24,000 nucleotides of DNA, from assembly GCA_963792555.1 (NCBI GenBank), contig CAWBWP010000004.1, positions 472,809 to 496,808 on the forward strand, given 5' to 3'. The notes below the pieces were generated by a model. That model had not been told where the DNA came from and did no database searches. It was given only the letters and a program-made list of their open reading frames with translations. Below are positions 17,711-24,000 of this stretch, in pieces. The translations under genes and the position numbers were made by a program. Source of the DNA: an uncultured Alphaproteobacteria bacterium. Lineage in GTDB: Bacteria > Pseudomonadota > Alphaproteobacteria > Sphingomonadales > Sphingomonadaceae. Each line of letters starts with the position of its first letter. The first letter of the stretch is position 1.

Positions 17711-18427
17711 ATGCGACCGTCCGGCCGCGCTCCCGACGCCATGCGCCGGGTCGAGATCATCCCCCATTTCACCGCCCACGCCGAGGGCTCGTGTCTGGTC
17801 AAGTTCGGCGACACCCACGTCCTTGTGACCGCGTCGGTCGAGGAGCGGCTGCCGCCGTGGCTGCGCGGCAAGGGCGAAGGCTGGGTCACGGCCGAATACG
17901 GGATGCTGCCCCGCGCGACGCACACCCGCGGCCAGCGCGAGGCGGCCAAGGGCAAGCAGTCGGGGCGGACGCAGGAGATCCAGCGGCTGATCGGGCGGTC
18001 GCTGCGCGCCGTCACCGACCTGAAGGTGCTTGGCGAGCGCCAGATCACCCTCGACTGCGACGTCCTCCAGGCCGACGGCGGCACCCGCACGGCCTCGATC
18101 AGCGGCGCGTGGGTCGCACTGCGGCTCGCGGTCGACGGGATCATGACGAAGAACGGCCTGTCGCTCGACCCGCTGACCGATCAGGTCGCCGCCGTGAGCT
18201 GCGGCATCCACGAGGGCCAGGTCGTCCTCGACCTCGACTATGTCGAAGACTCGGCCGCCGGCACCGACGGCAACTTCGTCCTGACCGCGAGCGGCGGGCT
18301 GGTCGAAGTCCAGGCGACGGCGGAGGGCGCGACCTATGACGACGAGGCGCTGCTGCGCATGCTCCGCCTTGCGCGCCTCGGCTGCACCGGCATCTTCGCT
18401 GCGCAGCGGGCGGCGACCGGCCGGTGA
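17711..18427 (+). CDS. rph: Ribonuclease PH
   Basis: 238 aa. [16 protein letters not shown]...[14 protein letters not shown]...[18 protein letters not shown] is canonical RNase PH. Confidence 0.97.
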   Translation: MRPSGRAPDAMRRVEIIPHFTAHAEGSCLVKFGDTHVLVTASVEERLPPWLRGKGEGWVTAEYGMLPRATHTRGQREAAKGKQSGRTQEIQRLIGRSLRAVTDLKVLGERQITLDCDVLQADGGTRTASISGAWVALRLAVDGIMTKNGLSLDPLTDQVAAVSCGIHEGQVVLDLDYVEDSAAGTDGNFVLTASGGLVEVQATAEGATYDDEALLRMLRLARLGCTGIFAAQRAATGR

Positions 18428-19044
18428 CGCGACGGCTGGCCCCCGGCCGGCTGGTGCTGGCGACGCACAATGGCGGCAAGGTCCGCGAGATGGCGGCGCT
18501 GCTGACACCGCACGGCCTCGACGTCGTCGCGGCGGGCGATCTTGGCCTGCCCGAGCCGGCGGAGACCGCGGACAGCTTTACCGGCAATGCGCTGATCAAG
18601 GCGCGGGCCGCGGCGGCGGGCTCGGGCCTCGTCGCGCTTGCCGACAACTCGGGCCTGTGCGTCGATGCGCTCGGCGGGGCACCGGGGGTCTATACGGCCG
18701 ATTGGGCGGAGACGCCGGCGGGCCGCGACTGGATGCTGGCGATGACCAAGGTCGAGGACCTGCTGGCGGCGCAGGGTCCGGAGGTGTCGCGCCGGGCGCA
18801 GTTCGTCTGCACGCTGGCGCTCGCCTGGCCGGACGGCGAAACGGCGGTGTTCGAGGGGCGCTGCCCGGGGACACTGGCCTGGCCGCCGCGCGGCACCCGC
18901 GGCTTCGGCTATGATCCGGTGTTCGTCGCCGACGGCATGACAGCGACGTTCGCCGAGATCGACCCGGCCGAGAAGCACCGCATCAGCCACCGCGCGGCCG
19001 CCTTTGCCAAGCTTGCCGCCGCCTGCCTGGGAGAACGCTCATGA
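18424..19044 (+). CDS. rdgB: dITP/XTP pyrophosphatase (non-canonical purine NTP pyrophosphatase)
   Basis: Contains [34 protein letters not shown] and ISHRAAAF motifs. The GTG start overlaps the rph stop (GTGA). Confidence 0.93.
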   Translation: MTRRLAPGRLVLATHNGGKVREMAALLTPHGLDVVAAGDLGLPEPAETADSFTGNALIKARAAAAGSGLVALADNSGLCVDALGGAPGVYTADWAETPAGRDWMLAMTKVEDLLAAQGPEVSRRAQFVCTLALAWPDGETAVFEGRCPGTLAWPPRGTRGFGYDPVFVADGMTATFAEIDPAEKHRISHRAAAFAKLAAACLGERS

Positions 19045-19493
19045 CCGACGCCGACCACGCCGCGATCCGCGCCATCCTCGCCGCCGAGGAGGCGGCATGG
19101 GCGGCTGGCGACGCCGCCGCGTTCAGTGCCGCCGTGACCGACGATGTCGTCTTCACCAACGTCGTCGGCATGTTCTCGGTCGGCCGCGTGCCGTTCGAGA
19201 AGCAGCACGAGCATATCTTCACGACATTCTACCGGGGCAGCACGATGCGGCAGACGGTGGCGCACATCGCCTTCGTTCGCCCCGACGTCGCCATTGTCGA
19301 CACGATGACCGAAGGGAGCGGCTTCGGCGACCTGCCGCCGGCCATTGCCGTCCATCTCATCGATGGCGTCATCCGGACGCGGCTCGAACAGGTCATGGTC
19401 AAGAACGACGGCGAGTGGCGCGTCGCGGCGTTTCACAACGTGCCGATGAACGAGCGGGCGCTGGCTGCCGCGGCGGGCGGCCCCCCGCCGTGA
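19041..19493 (+). CDS. NTF2-like (SgcJ/EcaC, DUF4440-type) protein
   Basis: The sequence IRAILAAEEAAWAAGDAAAFSAAVTDDVVFTNVVG...WRVAAFHN follows the pattern typical of the SnoaL/SgcJ fold. The ATG overlaps the rdgB stop (ATGA). Confidence 0.8.
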   Translation: MTDADHAAIRAILAAEEAAWAAGDAAAFSAAVTDDVVFTNVVGMFSVGRVPFEKQHEHIFTTFYRGSTMRQTVAHIAFVRPDVAIVDTMTEGSGFGDLPPAIAVHLIDGVIRTRLEQVMVKNDGEWRVAAFHNVPMNERALAAAAGGPPP

Positions 19494-20632
19494 CCGCTGC
19501 CGACGCCCTCGCCGTTTACGTCCATTGGCCCTTCTGCGTATCGAAGTGCCCGTATTGCGACTTCAACAGCCACGTCCGCATTCATATCGACGAGGCAGCT
19601 TGGCGCGATGCCCTGCTCGCCGACCTCGCGCACGAGGCGGCGCTGACGCCGGGACGGACGGTCGGCAGCATCTTCTTCGGCGGCGGCACCCCGTCGCTGA
19701 TGGCCCCGGCGACGGTCGCGGCGGTGATCGACGCCGTCGCCCGCCACTGGCGGCTGGCCGAAGGCTGCGAAATCACGCTGGAAGCCAATCCGTCGAGCGT
19801 CGAGGCGGCGCGCTTCGCCGGCTTTGCCGCCGCCGGCATCGGTCGCGTCAGCCTGGGACTGCAGGCGCTCGACGACGGCGACCTCCAGGCGCTTGGCCGG
19901 CCGCACGACCTCGCGCAAGGGTTGGCGGCCCTCGACGTCGCGCAGGCGACCTTCCCGCGCGTTTCACTCGACCTCATCTACCAGCGGCCCGACCAGACGC
20001 TCGACGCCTGGGCGGCCGAGCTGGCGCGCGCCCTTGCGTTCGGCACCGAGCACCTGTCGCTCTACGGCCTGACGATCGAGCCGGGGACGCGCTTCGCCAC
20101 GCTCCAGGCCAAGGGCGAGCTGGTCGTGCCGGGCGAGGACGCCGCCGCCGACCTGTTCGACCTGACCGCGACGATGACGGCAGACGCCGGGCGTCCGGCC
20201 TATGAGGTGTCGAACCATGCCCGTCCGGGGGCCGGCAGCCGCCATAATCTCAGCTATTGGACCTATGCCGATTACGTCGGCGTCGGCCCCGGCGCGCATG
20301 GACGGCGCGCGGGCGCGGCGACGGTGCGGCACAAGAAGCCGGAGAACTGGCTCGCCGCCGTCGCCGCCCAGGGGCACGGGATCGCCACGAGCGAGCCGCT
20401 CGACGCCGCGACGCGCGGGCGCGAGGCGCTGATGATGGGGCTGCGGCTGACCGACGGCATCGATGCAGCCAGCTTTGCGGCGCGGACCGGCACGACGCTG
20501 GCGACGGCGGTCGATCCGGTCCGGCTGGCCCGGCTGGTCGACCTTGGCTTCGTCGCCGCCGACGAGGCGAACCTCCGCCTGACGCCCAGAGGACGGCCGC
20601 TGCTCAACGCGATCCTCGCCGAACTCGTCTGA
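19490..20632 (+). CDS. hemW: Radical-SAM heme chaperone HemW (HemN-like)
   Basis: The GTG at 19490 overlaps the upstream stop (GTGA). Begins VTAADALAVYVHWPFCVSKCPYCDFNSH, which contains the CxxxCxxC motif. About 380 aa, the typical length. Confidence 0.92.
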   Translation: MTAADALAVYVHWPFCVSKCPYCDFNSHVRIHIDEAAWRDALLADLAHEAALTPGRTVGSIFFGGGTPSLMAPATVAAVIDAVARHWRLAEGCEITLEANPSSVEAARFAGFAAAGIGRVSLGLQALDDGDLQALGRPHDLAQGLAALDVAQATFPRVSLDLIYQRPDQTLDAWAAELARALAFGTEHLSLYGLTIEPGTRFATLQAKGELVVPGEDAAADLFDLTATMTADAGRPAYEVSNHARPGAGSRHNLSYWTYADYVGVGPGAHGRRAGAATVRHKKPENWLAAVAAQGHGIATSEPLDAATRGREALMMGLRLTDGIDAASFAARTGTTLATAVDPVRLARLVDLGFVAADEANLRLTPRGRPLLNAILAELV

Positions 20633-20652
20633 GCGCGCCATAGTCGCAGGCG

Positions 20653-21666
20653 ATGTTCGCGACCCTGCGCCCGCTGCTGTTCCGCCTCGACCCCGAGCGC
20701 GCGCACGCACTGACGATCGCCGCCCTCGCCACCGGCCTCGGGCCGCGCGGGCATGGCGACGATCCGATCCTGGCGACCCGGCTTGCGGGTCTTGATCTGC
20801 CCAACCCGCTGGGGCTGGCGGCGGGGTTCGACAAGGACGCGCGGGTACCGGGCGCCATGCTGCGGCTGGGCTTCGGCTTCGTCGAAGTCGGCACGGTGAC
20901 GCCGCGCCCGCAGGCGGGCAATCCGCGCCCGCGCGTCTTCCGGCTGGTCGCGAGCGGGGCGGTGATCAACCGCCTCGGCTTCAACAATGGTGGCGTCGCG
21001 GCGGCGCTGGCGCGGCTGCGCGCGCGGCGGCCCGCCGGCGTCGTCGGGGTCAACATCGGGGCGAACAAGGACTCGGCCGACCGCGTCGCCGACTATGCCT
21101 TCGGCGCGGCGGCGGCGGCCAACGTCGCCGACTATCTGACGGTCAACGTCTCGTCGCCGAACACGCCGGGCCTGCGCGGGCTGCAGGACCCCGGCGAGCT
21201 GGCGGCGCTGGTCGCCGCCGTGCTCGCAGCGGCCGCGGCGACGCCGGTGTTCGTCAAGGTCGCGCCCGATCTCGATGCCGGCGCGATCGACGGCATCGCC
21301 CGCGTCGCGCTCGACAGCGGCGTCGCCGGGCTGATCGTGTCGAACACGACGCTGGCCCGGCCGGGCGTGACCAGCATCGAGGCCGGCGGACTGTCGGGCG
21401 CACCGCTGTTCGCGCCGTCGACCGCGGTGCTGCGCGCCTTCGCCCGGGCCACGGGAGGCCGCCTGCCGCTGATCGGCGTCGGCGGCGTCGCGAGCGGGGC
21501 GGACGCCTACGCCAAGCTGCGGGCGGGGGCGAGCGCCGTCCAGCTTTATACCGGCCTCGTCTTTCACGGCCCGGGGCTGGTCGGGCGGATTAAGGCGGAG
21601 CTTGCCGCCGCCCTGCGCCGCGACGGGCTGGCGACGGTCGCCGAGGCGGTCGGCCTCGACGCTTGA
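20653..21666 (+). CDS. pyrD: Quinone-dependent dihydroorotate dehydrogenase (class 2)
   Basis: Begins MFATLRPLLFRLDPERAH. Contains NPLGLAAGFDKD, FVEVGTVTP, NRLGFNN and SNTT motifs. Confidence 0.95.
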   Translation: MFATLRPLLFRLDPERAHALTIAALATGLGPRGHGDDPILATRLAGLDLPNPLGLAAGFDKDARVPGAMLRLGFGFVEVGTVTPRPQAGNPRPRVFRLVASGAVINRLGFNNGGVAAALARLRARRPAGVVGVNIGANKDSADRVADYAFGAAAAANVADYLTVNVSSPNTPGLRGLQDPGELAALVAAVLAAAAATPVFVKVAPDLDAGAIDGIARVALDSGVAGLIVSNTTLARPGVTSIEAGGLSGAPLFAPSTAVLRAFARATGGRLPLIGVGGVASGADAYAKLRAGASAVQLYTGLVFHGPGLVGRIKAELAAALRRDGLATVAEAVGLDA

Positions 21667-21720
21667 TCGCCCGGGCCGGCGCGATATGGTCGCACACGGG
21701 GCAACCAGAAGGACATAAGC

Positions 21721-23403
21721 GTGAAGCACTGGATCGCGTGCGCGCTGGCGCTGATGCCGGCGGCCGCGCTGGCCAAGGTCCCCGGTAGCGCCCCGGCGAT
21801 GGTCTCCGCCGCCGACCCGCGCGCCGCAGCGGCCGGGATCGCCATGCTCAAGGCCGGCGGCAACGCGATGGATGCCGTGGCGGCGACGGCGATCGCGCTG
21901 ACGGTGGTCGAGCCGCAGTCGTCGGGCATCGGCGGCGGCGGGCTGCTCGTCTACCAGGTCGCCGGCGGGCGGGCACCGGTGACCTTCGACGGGCGCGAGA
22001 AGGCCACGATGGCGGCGACCGACCGGCTGTTCCTGCAGCCCGACGGCTCACCGCAGCCGCGCGGGCAGGCGATCCCCGGCGGCAAGTCGGTCGGCGTGCC
22101 GGGCAATGTCGCCATGCTGAAGCTGGCGCACGACCGGTACGGCCGCCTGGCGTGGGCGAAGCTGTTCGCCCCGGCGGTCGCCCTCGCCCGCGGCGGCTAT
22201 GACATCACCCCGCGCCTCGCCGCCTCGATCGCCGGCAGCGCCCGGACCCTGGCCCGCCAGCCGGCGGCGGCGGCGCTGTTCCTCCACGCCGACGGCACGC
22301 CGAAGCACGCCGGCGAGCATATCGTTAACGAGGCGCTGGCGCAGACCCTGGAGGCGATCGCCGCCCGGGGACCGAGCGCCTTCTACGCCGGGGCGAACGC
22401 CGCCGCGCTGGTCGCTGCGGTCGACCACGCCCCGACCAATCCGTCGACGATGACGGTGGCCGACCTCGCCGCCTATCAGGCCAAGGAACGCCCGCCCGTG
22501 TGCGGGGCCTACCGCCAGTACCGCGTCTGCTCGATGGGCCCGCCGTCGGCCGGGGGCACGGCCGTCGTCGCCATCCTCGGCCAACTCCAGGGCTTCGATC
22601 TCGGGGCGATGGGCAAGGAGTCGCCCGTCGCCTGGCACCTGTTCGCCGAAAGCGAGCGCCTCGCCTTCGCCGACCGTGCGGCTTATGGCGGCGACGCCGA
22701 CTTCGTCACCGTGCCGGTCGCCGGGCTGACCGACGCGGCCTATCTGCGCGACCGGGCGAAGCTGATCTCGCCGACCGCCGTCATCCCCCATGCCGAGCCG
22801 GGCCGGCCGAAGGGGGCACCGCCGCGCGCCGCGCCCAAGTCGGGCGAGATCCCGTCGACGAGCGACATGGCCGTCGCCGACGCGAGCGGCAACGTCGCCT
22901 CGCTGACCTCGACCGTCGAGGGCGCGTTCGGCTCGTCCCTGGTCGCGGGCGGCTACGTCCTCAACAACGAGCTGACCGACTTCGATTTCGTGCCCGAGGT
23001 CGCCGGCGCCCTGGTCGCTAACCGCGTCCAGCCGGGCAAGCGCCCGCGCTCGTCGATGTCGCCGTCGATCGTCTATGACCAGTCGGGCCGGGTCGTGCTC
23101 GTCGTCGGCGCGGCGGGCGGCCCGACGATCCCGGCGCAGGTCGCGAAAGCGATCGTCGCGGTGCTCGACTGGCACCTGCCGATCCAGGAAGCGATCGCCC
23201 TGCCGCTGCTCTACACCAACGACGACACCGTCGTTCTGGAGAAGGACACGCCCCTCGCGGCGATCGCACCGGCGCTGAAGGCCATGGGTCATACGGTCGT
23301 CGTCTTCCCGCTGCCGCTCAAGGCGAACGGCATCGAGCGCGTCCCCGGCGGCTGGCGCGGAGGAGCCGACCCCCGCAGCGAGGGCGTCGCGCTCGGCCTG
23401 TGA
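21721..23403 (+). CDS. ggt: Gamma-glutamyltransferase family protein
   Basis: GTG at 21721 is preceded by AGAAGGA with a 7-nt spacer, and a signal peptide is present. Contains GGNAMDAAVA-like and SGIGGGG motifs. The autoprocessing and nucleophile region is PSTSDMAVADASGNVASLTSTVEGAFGS. Confidence 0.93.
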   Translation: MKHWIACALALMPAAALAKVPGSAPAMVSAADPRAAAAGIAMLKAGGNAMDAVAATAIALTVVEPQSSGIGGGGLLVYQVAGGRAPVTFDGREKATMAATDRLFLQPDGSPQPRGQAIPGGKSVGVPGNVAMLKLAHDRYGRLAWAKLFAPAVALARGGYDITPRLAASIAGSARTLARQPAAAALFLHADGTPKHAGEHIVNEALAQTLEAIAARGPSAFYAGANAAALVAAVDHAPTNPSTMTVADLAAYQAKERPPVCGAYRQYRVCSMGPPSAGGTAVVAILGQLQGFDLGAMGKESPVAWHLFAESERLAFADRAAYGGDADFVTVPVAGLTDAAYLRDRAKLISPTAVIPHAEPGRPKGAPPRAAPKSGEIPSTSDMAVADASGNVASLTSTVEGAFGSSLVAGGYVLNNELTDFDFVPEVAGALVANRVQPGKRPRSSMSPSIVYDQSGRVVLVVGAAGGPTIPAQVAKAIVAVLDWHLPIQEAIALPLLYTNDDTVVLEKDTPLAAIAPALKAMGHTVVVFPLPLKANGIERVPGGWRGGADPRSEGVALGL

Positions 23404-24000
23404 TCGCCCCAGCGTCGCCGCTGCCCTCGCCGCTCGCCGACCGGGCGGACGCGGCGACCAACCTCGTTCTTCATTTCCTCGATCAGGCCGCGCGCTACGG
23501 CGACGACCCGTTCCTGTGGCGCAAGGCCGGCGGCGAGTGGCGGCCGCAGTCGTGGCGCGCGGTCGCCGACGAGGTCTCCCGGCTTGCCGCAGCCCTCACC
23601 GCACACGGTATCCGCCGCGGCGACCGGATCGTCCTGGTCAGCGAGAACCGGCCGGAGTGGTGCATCGCCGATCTCGGCATCATGGCCGCCGGCGCGATCA
23701 CGGTGCCGGCCTACACGACCAACAGCGAGGCCGACCACCGCCACATCCTGACCGACAGCGGCGCGGTCGCGGCGATCGTCTCGGGGCCGAAGCTTGCGGC
23801 CAACCTACTGCCCGCGGTGGCCGGCTGCGACGCCTGCCGGCTGGTCGTCGCCGTGGAGCCGCTGCGCGTCGCCCAGGCATCGGCGGCGACCGTCATCACG
23901 TGGTCGGCGCTGCTGGCCGGCCAGCGCGGCCGACCTCGCCCGGACCCGCGCCGGCCTGACCGCGGGCCGCGCCGACCTCGCCTGCCTGATCTACACCAGT
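23400..24000 (+). CDS. AMP-dependent synthetase/ligase (long-chain acyl-CoA ligase-like). 5' part only, with an apparent frameshift near 23917-23935.
   Basis: The GTG at 23400 overlaps the ggt stop (GTGA). The frame with codon starts at 3n reads ...NLVLHFLDQAARYGDDPFLWRK...IVLVSENRPEWCIADLGIMAAGAITVPAYTTN...VITWSALLAGQ. The AMP-binding motif ADLARTRAGLTAGRADLACLIYTS, which runs to the window end, is in the frame with codon starts at 3n+1. It is not in the ORF track because neither frame reaches a stop before the window end. Confidence 0.8.
   Translation, partial: MIAPASPLPSPLADRADAATNLVLHFLDQAARYGDDPFLWRKAGGEWRPQSWRAVADEVSRLAAALTAHGIRRGDRIVLVSENRPEWCIADLGIMAAGAITVPAYTTNSEADHRHILTDSGAVAAIVSGPKLAANLLPAVAGCDACRLVVAVEPLRVAQASAATVITWSALLAGQRGRPRPDPRRPDRGPRRPRLPDLHQ

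Noticed and set aside
15381-17828. Plus-strand ORFs of 414 aa (15381-16625) and 367 aa (16725-17828)
   Set aside because: They are antisense to the ABM, grpE and hrcA genes and are shadow ORFs.
20272-21729. 485-aa minus-strand ORF, and the 414-aa ORF at 22048-23292
   Set aside because: They are antisense to pyrD/hemW and to ggt respectively. Their products are Arg/Pro/Gly-rich and show no motifs.
23516-23959. 147-aa plus-strand ORF
   Set aside because: It is the third frame (codon starts at 3n+2) inside the acyl-CoA ligase gene and has an Arg-rich product. It is neither of the two frames that carry ligase-like sequence.

Overview
High-GC chromosomal segment that looks alphaproteobacterial, probably Sphingomonadaceae-like; this is inferred from gene content and the PEPxxWA-type sorting tails, not from any search. 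About 30 genes are supported. Most are housekeeping and tightly packed, and several start codons overlap the preceding stop by 4 nt (NTGA).

Minus strand, left to right:
- A cobalamin riboswitch in front of a BtuB-like receptor gene that runs off the left edge.
- A small glycine-zipper protein.
- An operon of murA, a DUF2948-like gene, an alpha/beta hydrolase and an SDR oxidoreductase.
- rpmJ and a HAD hydrolase.
- galE.
- dnaK-dnaJ.
- hrcA-grpE and an ABM-domain gene.

Plus strand:
- A DUF4136-like lipoprotein and an M14 carboxypeptidase.
- gpmA.
- A Tyr/Pro-rich glycine-zipper protein.
- A PCu(A)C copper chaperone and an HExxH protein.
- rph-rdgB, an NTF2-like gene and hemW.
- pyrD.
- ggt.
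- The 5' part of an AMP-dependent acyl-CoA ligase.

The only clearly accessory region is about 4.39-6.35 kb. It holds two divergently transcribed secreted proteins with PEPxxWA-CTERM (exosortase) sorting tails, separated by a 416-bp AT-richer control region.
- One protein is metzincin-like, but the first zinc-binding His of the HExxH signature is Gln ([11 protein letters not shown]), and its gene has lower GC than its neighbours.
- The other gene is preceded by a near-consensus sigma-54 promoter (TGGCAC-N5-TTGC).

Two conserved genes, dnaJ and the acyl-CoA ligase, each carry an apparent single-base frame disruption in GC-rich repetitive sequence. These are either true pseudogenes or assembly errors.

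I saw no tRNA or rRNA genes, CRISPR arrays, transposases or integrases. The many long ORFs antisense to real genes are high-GC shadow ORFs.
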